A DNA stretch of 62,575 bases, counting the filler, from Stramenopiles sp. TOSAG23-3 (Eukaryota), in NCBI GenBank assembly GCA_900128585.1. It is 6 parts of 6 records of this genome, joined end to end, with 100 filler letters (N's around TTAATTAATTAA, not from the genome) between each part and the next. Parts side by side here need not be neighbours in the genome. Positions count along the whole stretch, not along the records: positions 48,679 to 60,739 come from LT642714.1; 5 more parts are not named here. One strand, written 5' to 3'. Under the pieces are notes generated by a model that was given only the letters and a program-made list of their open reading frames with translations, was not told the DNA's origin and did not search any database. The position numbers and the translations under genes are program-made. This document shows, piece after piece, positions 48,679 to 59,265 of this stretch; position 1 is the stretch's first letter; each line of letters begins with the position of its first letter.

Positions 48679-50084
48679 TTCATTATGTGGTGCACAGATT
48701 TTTCACCGAATACTCGAATGTCGTCGATATCACTCGCTTCGATAGAATGCGTTTTCGGGCATCTAGCGTGGTCCCAAAATTGGCACTGGAAGGCTGGGAT
48801 CCTTTCCGACAGTCCCATGCTCAAATACCTTGACTTGACGATGGATGTTATCCACGCATGTATGCCTGTTGAGGAAGCCTTCCTCTTCTTCCTGTTCGCC
48901 GCGATTAGTTTCCAATTGATAACGTTGGATTCTTTCAAAAGCTTGGCAACTTGTCGAATGTACAGCGCAGCAGCTGATACCGATGCCTTTCCATTTCGCT
49001 GTGAAACGAGCTTTGGCAAGCCAACGTTATTCAACGACTTTATCATGAAGGTTTCGGGAGAAGACGACCATGTGTTCAAGCTGACACTGAACGATTTCGA
49101 AGTAACACGGTGGAACCAAAAGGGCGGAATGTACAGTAGATCCCCTGGCTGCAGGGTGACGTGCCCGAAGGGTTGGACGGTCCGGCCCGGGGCACTCCCA
49201 GGCTCGACGATGCTTTCTCCGTGCTCCCGGTAGACCATCTGGCTTTGTCGATCGCGCGGGTGGTAGAATGGGTGCAGCGCCAGGTCTTTCCATGCCAGGG
49301 GTTCCCATAATATAAACTGCTTTGCACCGACGCACTGCACAAATAAATTATGCGATCGGTCGTAGTGGGTCGATGCCGTGATGTTCTTCCCCCCCATCCA
49401 AAAGTGTGCATCGGGATAATCGACGGGGGACATGTCCAGGAATGCCCTCGGGCCCGTGTCCCTGTCAACGATCTCTTCCAATTTGGGGCTTTCCGACAGC
49501 TTGCGGCTGTAATAGTAGAACTTCTTCGATTTCGAAGTACTACCACCAGTGCTTACATTCGATTTTTTAATAAACAAACGGGTGCTCATGCTGACCTTTT
49601 TGTGAAGCGTAGAGCTGCCGTAAATGCCGTAGGGCCTCTTCCCCTTCTTTTTCTCCCCCCCGCGCTGGCCGTCTTCTTCGCCCTCCTCCTCTTCGTTTTC
49701 TTTTCCCAACATCCGGGTATTATCTTCATACACAAACACGGGGTGGGACGATCGGCGCACCTTTTCTACTTTCTTCAACCCTTGCTTTGTGAAGTAATCC
49801 CCATCTTTCCAAGCATCAATGGCTGCCCACCGGGAAACCGGCGAGTTTTTAATGAGAATGGGCCGCCGTTTACGCAGCAGCTTTGCCAAGGCGCGGTGCC
49901 ACTCCGTTTCGTTTTGGCTGTCTTCCTGAAACCCACCCTTCACCAAAATGTTTTTAAAACTAACAGACTTGATTTCCCGAGTTCCCACAAGATCGTACCA
50001 GGCATTGTTGTTCGCCACGGCCACGGAATTCAGCAATATGCAACAGACCAGGATCGGCCGAAGAATCAGTCGAATGGGATACAT
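48679..50084 (-). CDS. JmjC (Cupin_8-type) 2-oxoglutarate/Fe(II) oxygenase with signal peptide, 3'-truncated
   Basis: RPILIKN..WAAIDAW; FWMGG..TASTHYDRSHNLFVQCVGAKQFILW; LQPGDLLYIPPFWFHRV (HxD...H triad); hydrophobic N-terminus ending VAVA. Confidence 0.88.
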
Positions 50085-51165
50085 CGTGTGCTAATATAGA
50101 TACATATATATTAAAGTTTATACTCTCAGCGCTTGTCCGAGATCCCTTTTTCTCCAAAACTAAATCGCACAGAAAATTAAAAGAACAAAAGAATTAATCT
50201 ATGAATAAAATATAAAACCTTAGATACACATTTATGGTTAAAAATTCAAACATCAAAAACATATAAAATATATCAAACCAACTACAAAACCAAACCAAAC
50301 CCAAACAACAACCGAACCACCGCCGCCGCCGCCCGCCCGCCCGCCCGCCGCCGAGGAGAACCGAAAACCCGAAATTAATATAGAAAAAAAATACATACAC
50401 AATTAAGGATATATGTATCTAAGAAGTATATATGCTATGTATATGTATATAGGTATAGTTTCTCACTTTTGATGCTATTTAATATAAGTATAAATCCATT
50501 TAGATACATAGCCTTATCATAAAAATGGGTCTCTGACCATTATCTCGAAGGAACATATCCTTAATTATGACTGAACCTCCCTCCCTCACGACGCCGCCGT
50601 GTTGTTTGTAATTATTTAATGTACATATATTATACTTAATATTCAACAAATGTATACTTTTACATAGGATTAGGGTAAAGTAACACTCCTCTTGAAACAG
50701 ATGAACGTTTAAACTTTTGTGAAATCATAATTATTGCCTATATATTATTGTATTCTATTTGTTATTTATAACTACAATACAATATTTCTATTCCTCACAA
50801 TGCTTCCACTTTTTTACCCCATGTTGTGCAATGTATTATTACATAAAAAAAAAGTATTTTTATTATAATTTTTTTTTATAAAAAAATAAAGAAAGCGCAG
50901 CAGCAGCAGCATCATCATCATGAATGAGGAGCGAGATGCAGCACGATCGAGGAGACGACGCGAAGCGCACAGACAATTAATTGTACAAGGAAAGCATGAT
51001 GCGTGGTAACGTGTTTTGGTTCATTGAATGGTGGATTGAACGTATAAAAGCACAAGAGAGACAAAGACACTTTCGGAGAGAAAGAGAAGAGTCAATTAAT
51101 TCTAGCGCCAGCTTTTTTGTAAAACGTTTGCACTGCCGTTGATAATACACTGCCTTCATCTAACC

Positions 51166-53439
51166 ATGCAGAACTCCGAAAATTCTGTCAAAGGTCACGT
51201 TGTAGTTATACGGCGTGACGGTACTGACGGTGGAAAATTTCCAGTCTCAGACGACATCTTAATTGGCCGAATGAGCGATTGTCACATACGCGTAAATCTT
51301 AGTACAGTGTCTCGTCGCCACGCAATTATAAAACTAGGGCAGAGCGGAAATGTCTTGGTGGAGAACCGCTCGAAAACTAACCCAACGTTAGTAAATAATG
51401 ACTCTTTGGAGTGCGACAAGGAGCTTCAGCATCGCGACATAATCTGCATTGGCGATCGTTCGTTTCGCTGGGAGTATAGCAACTACAAGAAGATTGCAGC
51501 AAGCCCAGAATCGCTAACAAACACAAGCAGCAGCACAATCGAATCCCCACGGTCGGCACTGAAAGAAACAAACGGCAGGGGCGGTGCTGCCACACCGTTG
51601 GAAAAGGAAGCAGCGGTCGAAGCAGTCCTTGCAGAGCGGAAGAAGCCGCTGAACACCCCCCTGCGCAACGCCATCATTGCAAAATGGTCCAAGTTTTTTG
51701 CCAACCAAGAGGCGGAAGAAGAGAATTTAAACGAGTCTGACAATGTCATTGATGAGTATAAGGAGGAAGCATGCCTATCGCCGGAAACAAAGGTCGTAGA
51801 GAGCGAAGAATCGATCGAAGAGTACGAGGGAGCCAAACGATCTCTGCCAACACCTCTGCGCTCGGCCATTAAGAAACGGAGGTTGGGAACTCCATGCATG
51901 CGTGTTCCAATCGAGGCGGCGAAAAAGACCCCGGCGAGTAACACCCCCGTAGTTACGAAAGCCGTGCCCATTGCCGCGAAAAGCGTATCGACCACACCGA
52001 AATACAACGCGAATTACGGAACGCCTGAAAACAGCATTGAAATAAGCAAGCTTCACCAAACCCCGGTCGACAATGTACCGTTCCAGAGCCTCGAGATATC
52101 CCCACAGCCAGCGAAACATATTGTATCGAGTACTCCCGCATGCGACGGGATGGGACGATTGTTCAAATCCCCGAAGGAAAAAGTGTCCTACTCTCCAGCG
52201 TGCGATGGAATGGGGGCGCTATTCTTAACCCCGGCCGTAGTAAACACAGAAAAGGCTATTAGTGCCGACAACGATGATCTGGAAGAGCTTGCCCGTAGCT
52301 TTATTGAGGAAGAGGCCGCTGATGAAGAAATCAGCACGGAGGAGCAAATTTTCCAAAACGACTCAGTAATTGAGGGGGCAGCGGTCGAAGAGCAAAGGGT
52401 TGAGAAGGTAAGCACCGAGGAATTGGTAGAGGAAGGCGTAGCCAAAGAGGTTGCATTCATCGAAGATGTACCCGCCGAAGAGAACGTAGTTGAACAGGCC
52501 GGCGTCGAAGATGTGCCCGCCGAAGAGACCAAAATCGAACATACCGTCGTCGAAGATGTACCCGCCGGAGAGACCGTAGTCGAACAGGCTGTCTTCGAAG
52601 ATGTACCCGCCGAAGAGATCGTAGTCGAAGAGACCGTAGATGAAGATGCCCAAGTCAAAGAGACGGACGTGAATCTTACAATTGAAGAATACGAAAGCGC
52701 TACCGATGCAATTGAAGTTGTGGAACCGGTACCTGCTCCTGCTTCTAGACGCAGAAGCCGGCGGTTATCAGTTTCAAAAGCAGCACCAGCTGAGGCGCCC
52801 GCCAAAAAGGCTACGTCAAAAAGGCGAAGCCGTCGCCTATCACGCCTGTCAATAGAATCCAGCGAAGAGGTTTCGAAGAAAGAATCCTCTACCAGGAGGA
52901 GAAGAAGTCGCAGACTATCGGGTTTTAAGACAGCCGTAAAAGAAGAAATTACCCCCGTGGAAGTTGAAGAAAAAGCTGAAGTCGTTCCAGCCGAAGACGC
53001 TGGTGAAATTCAATTCGCCACACGCGAGGACTGTCCAATCAACATGCAGTTTATCACCTCGTGCAAAAAGGGCACTGTTATTGAAGCACTAGACTTCGAC
53101 AGCGAACTGAAATCCTTCGTTTACTTTAACGCCCTTGTCGTCGACCGCCCTTCAAAATCCAAAGGGGTTCCAATCAAATGGAGTGATAGCAAAGGAAATG
53201 CTTCTGGCCCGATGGTGCACACAAAGCATTGCCGTGCGTTCGTGCCTACCAGGAAACAGCTTGAAGCTGTTGCCGAGGTAGCAGAAGAAACTTTCCCAGA
53301 CCTTACCCTATTGCGCGTTGTTGATTTGCAAAAACAGTTGAAGAAAATTGGATTGCCAACGAAGGGACGTAAAGCCCAATTGATTAAGCGATTAGAGGAA
53401 TTCCACTCCGCCACACAATGGAAACAGTTCAAACAATGA
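51166..53439 (+). CDS. Ki-67-like FHA domain protein with long disordered S/TP-rich region and C-terminal SAP domain
   Basis: N-terminal FHA VVVIRRDGTDGGKFP..ILIGR..CHIRVNLSTVSRRHA..NRSKTNPTLVN..LQHRDIICIGDRSFRWE; SAP domain LRVVDLQKQLKKIGLPTKGRKAQLIKRL. Confidence 0.8.
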   Translation: MQNSENSVKGHVVVIRRDGTDGGKFPVSDDILIGRMSDCHIRVNLSTVSRRHAIIKLGQSGNVLVENRSKTNPTLVNNDSLECDKELQHRDIICIGDRSFRWEYSNYKKIAASPESLTNTSSSTIESPRSALKETNGRGGAATPLEKEAAVEAVLAERKKPLNTPLRNAIIAKWSKFFANQEAEEENLNESDNVIDEYKEEACLSPETKVVESEESIEEYEGAKRSLPTPLRSAIKKRRLGTPCMRVPIEAAKKTPASNTPVVTKAVPIAAKSVSTTPKYNANYGTPENSIEISKLHQTPVDNVPFQSLEISPQPAKHIVSSTPACDGMGRLFKSPKEKVSYSPACDGMGALFLTPAVVNTEKAISADNDDLEELARSFIEEEAADEEISTEEQIFQNDSVIEGAAVEEQRVEKVSTEELVEEGVAKEVAFIEDVPAEENVVEQAGVEDVPAEETKIEHTVVEDVPAGETVVEQAVFEDVPAEEIVVEETVDEDAQVKETDVNLTIEEYESATDAIEVVEPVPAPASRRRSRRLSVSKAAPAEAPAKKATSKRRSRRLSRLSIESSEEVSKKESSTRRRRSRRLSGFKTAVKEEITPVEVEEKAEVVPAEDAGEIQFATREDCPINMQFITSCKKGTVIEALDFDSELKSFVYFNALVVDRPSKSKGVPIKWSDSKGNASGPMVHTKHCRAFVPTRKQLEAVAEVAEETFPDLTLLRVVDLQKQLKKIGLPTKGRKAQLIKRLEEFHSATQWKQFKQ
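52462..52650 (+). repeat. Coding minisatellite, 45-nt unit (EDVPAEE.VVEQA..), about 4 copies
   Basis: GAAGATGT(A/G)CCCGCCG recurs every 45 nt. Confidence 0.9.
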
Positions 53440-53957
53440 CCACAGACCACATGCTGCAAGGTCTCTTCTTAAAAAATGATGATGCTGACATTTTTAAAAT
53501 TTTTCTTCATCATCAGCATATAATAACAAAGTAGTAGAAGAGGAGTGTAACACATAATTAAACAACCAAAAATCAAAAAATAATTAAAAAATAATAATTG
53601 TCTTTTTTTTTTTGGTTCGAAAGAGATTCATTTAATCACATTGATAATACTATTTTATGTAGACTGTTTACTTTAATTTTATTAAATACTGATTTCAGTA
53701 TCTAACATTATTGGTTCAATTTAAAAAATGTTTTTTTTGTCATCATTATTATCAGCAGTCACGTCGTTGAAGTAAACAATAAACCGGACATGCTGTTAAT
53801 GTCAAAACATGCAATCTGTTTGTTTTCAATTTTAGTAAGCTTAGTTGAGACTTTTACATTCCTGCATTGTTTTTGCACCCATTCCCGCCGCAGACGTTTT
53901 TTTGCATTTGCAAGTGTATACGTAGACCAAGCTAGTTAGGTCCCATCGTCGTCGATA

Positions 53958-54917
53958 ATGGGGGTATTCAAACTTCCACCCTCTGCCCTTAGTCGAAGTA
54001 ACACCAACATTTCCGCAACTTTGGGGCAGAAACGATACAACTTGCAATCGCAGGGCAAAGGGATGCGGTCTGGGGTTCTGCACAAAATACCGCAAGTTCA
54101 GATAGAAGAAGAAATTCTAGATGAAAGTTCGACGCAGCACTTTTCTCAGTTCAAGTATTTGTTGGCCTCGCTTCTGATATTTATAGCCGGGTACTTTTGG
54201 CGGCGTCGGCAAATTCGCAAGCAAGCGTTGAAAGCACTGAGGATCAAGGCACGAAAAGACTCCACGGACTTTAGTACTCGCTCCGACCGCGGGACAGCAA
54301 CCACAAATGGAAGTGTTGTTGTCGACATTGCAGGCAACGGCTTAGAGTTAGGAAACACCCCGATGAAGCGTCAGTTGCCAAAGCTGCGGGGCTTGCCCAC
54401 GGATAAAGACGGGACCAGGTCGACTTCGATCTTAAGCAAAGATTTGATAGAAAAAATAGTACAGGACCTCCCCACGCGGTATGGGATATGCGACTGGTGC
54501 CTACTGTATTCATCCAACCGTGACGGGTACAGCCTTAAGTCGTGTGTGGAGGCCGCTAGAAAGCGGGAGCCAGCACTGTTTGTCGTTCGGGATTCTAAGA
54601 ATGCTTTGTTTGGTGCATTTTTGTCGGAGCCTTTGGAAAAGAGGGATGGGTATTACGGAACAGGCGAAACCTTCCTTATAAAAATGCTCCCGGAGTACTG
54701 CATATACAAAGCCACCGGGCTGAACGCAGAATTTATCTGCTGCGAAAAGGATTTTATGGCACTTGGTGGAGGTGGCAAGTTCGGACTGCACCTGGACTCT
54801 TACCTTGAACGCGGGATTAGCGAGCACTCGCCAACTTTTGGGAACGAGCCCTTGTCCGCCACTCCCAACTTCAAAGTCGTCGCCGTCGAAATGTGGGGGT
54901 TTGTCACCCCGTACTAA
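53958..54917 (+). CDS. TLDc domain protein (OXR1/NCOA7-like) with N-terminal TM anchor
   Basis: LPTRY..WCLLYSSNRDGYSL, LFGAFLS, YYGTGETFL, ALGGGGKFGLHLD, SPTFGNEPLS, VEMWGF; hydrophobic YLLASLLIFIAGYFW followed by RRR. Confidence 0.88.
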   Translation: MGVFKLPPSALSRSNTNISATLGQKRYNLQSQGKGMRSGVLHKIPQVQIEEEILDESSTQHFSQFKYLLASLLIFIAGYFWRRRQIRKQALKALRIKARKDSTDFSTRSDRGTATTNGSVVVDIAGNGLELGNTPMKRQLPKLRGLPTDKDGTRSTSILSKDLIEKIVQDLPTRYGICDWCLLYSSNRDGYSLKSCVEAARKREPALFVVRDSKNALFGAFLSEPLEKRDGYYGTGETFLIKMLPEYCIYKATGLNAEFICCEKDFMALGGGGKFGLHLDSYLERGISEHSPTFGNEPLSATPNFKVVAVEMWGFVTPY

Positions 54918-55022
54918 CAGACGAGCACGTCGTTGGACTAAATGTAAAGCGCGCGCCCGTGTTCGCAAATTTTGGAGAGATTCACCGATACATAAAGTTA
55001 AATAATTAGGTGGCCGTCAAAC

Positions 55023-56237
55023 TCACATGTCCGGCTGACTGATGTTCCACAAATTCTTCTCAACGTTAATGATTGCCTGGAAGACGGTGTCGGCAAGGAC
55101 GTACTTGGCATTAATTACGTCGTACAGAACTTCAGGCGTCAGGGCGGAAGAGGCATTCAGCAGTCGCTGGGCTGCTATCCGCCTCGAAGGCTTTCCAAGG
55201 CCGCCGTGCCCAGTTGGATCAAACCCTTCTCGAATATCGTGGTAAAAGAAATCAAAATTCGTGATTATGATGTAATCGTCCGGTTCGTCGAAATTCTTCT
55301 GCCCAAGGATTTGCCGGTACGCAACGTTGTCCGGGTTCCTGCTCACAATCATGCCCTTTTGCACGCCGGACACGATGGCGTACTCGGTCGATGTGTACGG
55401 TTTCGTCGATATGGCCTCGATGGCTTTCTCATACTCGGCCTCTTGTTCCAAGATTTTGCGCAAGGTCCAGCCATTCAGCAGCCGGCCACCAAGCAGATTG
55501 TCCAACATTTCTTTGTTGCCGCCCCAGTGGTCCGTGTACCGCGTGTTCCGTTCAACGGCGTACCCGTTTGGCCCCGACTTGAAGGCGGTGATCACCATGG
55601 TGTACCCGGCAATCATCTGGGCCTGAAACAATTCCTTCCCTTCTTTCTTAAAAATTGCATTGTACACCAGGCCTGCCATAATGTCGCGCGGCGCAAAGTC
55701 TAGGTTGCGCGCGTGGTATACCGTGCCGTCTTCCGAGTTTCGGGCAATGATACCAGTGCACCCAGGGCCCCTCCACGGAAGGATCCTCGAGAGTGGTTCG
55801 TATTCGCTTGGGACATAATCTTTTCCGTAGTCCTTGTTCATGCCGGCTTGGTGCGCGTGGGAGTGCGAAAAGTTAACGATCGGGACCATGAGTGTTTGGA
55901 TCTCGTAGAGCATTTGCATGCCTTGCACGAACTTTAAGGGAAGCCCGGAGACGGCGGCCATCCCTTCGACTTCCCCTTGCTGTTCCTCGTTTTCAGGGCC
56001 ACGCTTGTCCGTAAGGCCGTACAACAGGTCGGTGAGGAGTTTGTCCTTTGCGAAGTACGTGTTGTAAAAGCTCCATACTGTTTCGTTAAAATCCGGGACC
56101 AGGTGAGAGTACCGTTTGTTCGGGGGAAGATCCAAATTGATCTCGTACGTTTTCACTTTTTTGCTGGCGTCGGCAGAGACACTCAACGCCAGGGCCAACG
56201 CGGCAAGCAGACAAACGGCGGTGTTCACTGCTCTCAT
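55023..56237 (-). CDS. Acid ceramidase / N-acylethanolamine acid amidase (Ntn hydrolase)
   Basis: Signal peptide; YEINLDLPP..RY; autocleavage nucleophile G|CTGIIA..VYHARNLDF; ITNFD; SRR..A. Confidence 0.88.
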   Translation of the reverse strand: MRAVNTAVCLLAALALALSVSADASKKVKTYEINLDLPPNKRYSHLVPDFNETVWSFYNTYFAKDKLLTDLLYGLTDKRGPENEEQQGEVEGMAAVSGLPLKFVQGMQMLYEIQTLMVPIVNFSHSHAHQAGMNKDYGKDYVPSEYEPLSRILPWRGPGCTGIIARNSEDGTVYHARNLDFAPRDIMAGLVYNAIFKKEGKELFQAQMIAGYTMVITAFKSGPNGYAVERNTRYTDHWGGNKEMLDNLLGGRLLNGWTLRKILEQEAEYEKAIEAISTKPYTSTEYAIVSGVQKGMIVSRNPDNVAYRQILGQKNFDEPDDYIIITNFDFFYHDIREGFDPTGHGGLGKPSRRIAAQRLLNASSALTPEVLYDVINAKYVLADTVFQAIINVEKNLWNISQPDM

Positions 56238-56579
56238 TTCTTATATAAAACCGAACAAATATATACGAGATGTATGAAAGCAGAAAAGAAACACACGAAC
56301 CGTTCGATAACTTTCTGTTTAAAATACTCTGTCGATAAATCGTTCAAGATTCTATCTTTTTTCATTTCATTTTGGAACGCCGGGAGTATTAATATTGTAG
56401 TGTGCGCTCTATATTCAAATAATAATATTGTGGTCCAAGGTACAGGTAGGTACCGGGTACAGGAAGAACCGTATTACTACATTATTATAATACAATCATC
56501 AGCATCATCCTCATCTCAAGAAGAAGCCTCAAGCCAACCCTTCTTTTTGTATTTAGACGACTAAATATAAAAAAACAAC

Positions 56580-56676
56580 TAAGAAAAAGAGTCGAAAGAA
56601 AAAAAGAAAGAAAGAAAGAGAAAGAAAGAAAGAAAGAAAGAGTCGAAAGAAAAAAAGAAAGAAAGAGAAAGAAAAA

Positions 56677-56712
<36 letters not shown>

Positions 56713-56886
56713 AAAAAAGAAAGAAAGAAAGAAAGAAAGAGAAGAAAGAAAGAAAGAGAAGAAAGAGAAGAAAGAAAGAAAGAGTCGAATGAAAGAAAGA
56801 AAAAGTCGAATGAAAGAAAGAAAGAAACAAACAAACAAAGAAAGAAAGAAAGAAAAAAAGAAAGAAAGAAAGAAAGAAAGAAAGAG
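56580..56886 (+). repeat. (GAAA)n-rich polypurine tract with interspersed GAGTCGAA units
   Basis: Directly visible; lies between divergent genes. Confidence 0.92.
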
Positions 56887-57214
56887 TATTATTATCATAA
56901 TAATAATAATAATAATTATATTTTTATTTACTGTATTATTATTTACTGCTGTGTTGTGCGTTGTAAAATTAAGTTTTTTTTTTTTTGAAATTCAACTTTT
57001 TATACTACTATTATTACTTGGTAGTATAAATAATATAATAATAATAAAATATATTATTAATATTATAATATTAAGCTGGCACAACAACACACTTTTAAAA
57101 AAATAATTTATTATTATTATTTGAGTTCGAAGAGGCGTAGTTAAAGATACTGCGTGATTCCGTGTGATTCCTGTAACATTGTAAAATTCCTTCAATTTCA
57201 AAACTGGTTGAACC

Positions 57215-59084
57215 ATGTCTGGTTTTCTAATGGAAGGGGAAACACCGTCTGATTTAGTGGACGCCCCGGCGAACGCTCTCGCCCGGGCGCGCCAGGAGGC
57301 GCTATGGGCTGATACCAACGTGGACGCTCGACAGCAGCTTGCTGCTCGTGAAGGGGCATTGAGGTTTCAAAGGCGATTTTGTGATGCCATGGATTGGTAT
57401 AGGATCATTTATGACATGGTTCAAATGCACTGTGAGTCACGGTCAACGTATTTCTGTTTTTTGGACCTGCCACTGTTGGAAATTGTAGTTTCGTTTCTCT
57501 TTCCCAGGCAGGAGGGGCTGATAAGGCACATTGGGGGACTGATCGTTCGATCAAAAGAAGACTCTGCGGTATTAGATGACAAAAATACACCGCCGTCCCC
57601 GAAGGGCGCGGCCGAAGGGGAAACGAGCAAGCCAGAAGATAGGGAGAACAAAGAGTCTAGCAATAAGGTTGGTAGGGGCCCTTCGGAGAGTCAACCGTTC
57701 AAGATATTCGTACGGCCTCGACCGAGACTTGGGTTTGAGAACCATGCGAACGAGTACTCCGTTGTCCGGTCCATTTCCAACCATCACCTTTTACTGCACG
57801 ATGGTAAAGTACACGTTCGACCGCGTGTTTGACCAATTCGACAGCCATGAGCACGTGTGTGCGGAGGTCGTTGCTCCACTGTTGAGTCATGTAGTAGAAC
57901 TGCAGAACGACAGTACTCTCATCCTTTACGGGCAGACCGGGACGGGGAAAACGTACACGATGTCTGGCTGCATCGAGTACCTTGCGCAAATGTTGGAGGG
58001 CATGAAAGTTGAGGTAGAGGTTTGTTTCTTCGAAATACACGGTAAAAATTGTTATGATCTTATGGCAGAGAGGAAAACCATCCGGTTGTTGAGCGACGCG
58101 AGCGGAACGGTCCACCCGCGAGGTGTGCGGGTGGTGAAGCTGTCCGATACGTCGAAAGAGGGGCTTTTGTCAGTTTTGAATGGTGCGCTGGAGCTGCGGT
58201 CCATCGAGCAGACGGAGCGAAACGCAATTTCTTCTCGTTCGCACGCTGTGCTGAAATTGAGCATCTCGGTCCCGTCTTCCGGGAACGTTGGGAGCAACTT
58301 TAGAATCGTCGACCTCGCTGGTTCGGAACGCAATTACGAAACGGTGAAGATGACCCCGGCGATGCACAGGGAGTCTGCTGATATAAACAAGAGCCTTTTT
58401 GCCCTGAAGGATTGCTTTCGGGCCTACAACACGATCAGCAAAGGCCTTACGCGCACCCCGTACCAGATAAAGGTACCGCTAATGTCGAGGTTAAACGTTC
58501 GGGAGAAAGAGCGAAAGGCGGTCATGGACGTTAGCAATCGCCCCATGAAATCGGCCCCCGTGCGGCTGAATTATAGGGCCCACATGTTGACCCGGGTCCT
58601 TAGGCAATGTTTCTGCGACAGCAAGCACAAAACGTTTATTGTAGCCTGCCTGTCGCCGACGTCCACGGATATAGAACACTCGTTGAACACCCTGGACCAT
58701 GTGTCTCTCATGAACAAGAATCTTGAGCACAAGAAGTCCGTTGCGAGTGTGTCCGTGCCCATGTTTGACGGTGTGTTTACTGCTTTGAAGGGGAAGCCAA
58801 TCTCCAAGTGGACGGCCGAGGAGGTCAGTGAATGGGTTGGCGTCGTGGATGGTGGAGCGTTCGCACATATCGTCCTGCCACCCAATCTGACGGGCGCTCT
58901 TCTAATGTCGTTGGGAAAAGTTCGCTTGTCAACTCTGTTCACCCACTACGAGAGGCAGGCAAGGAGGGAAGGCGAAGGTTATGCATGGGCTGAATCGGCC
59001 ACTGTAGACGATTCTGCGCTAACCCATCGTCTTTTCGAACTGATCCGTAACAAAGCCGTTGAAGATTTTGTCTTTCGTGAGTAG
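57215..59084 (+). CDS. Kinesin motor protein with C-terminal SAM-like domain, interrupted by a +1 frameshift near 57806-57815
   Basis: Frame A ends FKIFVRPRP..LLLHDGKVH. Frame B continues YTFDRVFD..YGQTGTGKTYTM, FFEIHG, NAISSRSHA, IVDLAGSER, INKSLFALKDC, LTRVLR, HSLNTL, then KWTAEEVSEWV. Confidence 0.85.
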
Positions 59085-59265
59085 GAAGGTTAAGAATCCC
59101 ACGCTTTGCATGTAAATTTAAAGAAGTCTTGCCAAAAAAAATTTTTAAAAAAAATTAGAGAGTGTAAATATATTAAAAGCCGCCCGCGGTGTTCACTAAA
59201 TTTTTGTATATACATTATAACAGTGCGGTGCTCATGAAAACTACTTCTCGCGTACTCTTTACTGT

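Noticed and set aside
56485-57106. Phe/Ser- or Lys/Glu-rich ORFs here and at 5729-5946, 11875-12135 and 14383-14849
   Set aside because: Translations of microsatellites.
57824-57833. GTT TGA C as a prfB-like programmed +1 frameshift site in the kinesin
   Set aside because: Shifting there would skip the conserved YTFDRVF motif, which is encoded upstream in the +1 frame, so the break must be earlier.
1324-59084. Apparent cluster of mitosis and DNA-repair genes (TPX2-like, FIGNL1, PA200, XRCC4, Ki-67-like, kinesin)
   Set aside because: They are spread over unlinked contigs joined by artificial spacers.
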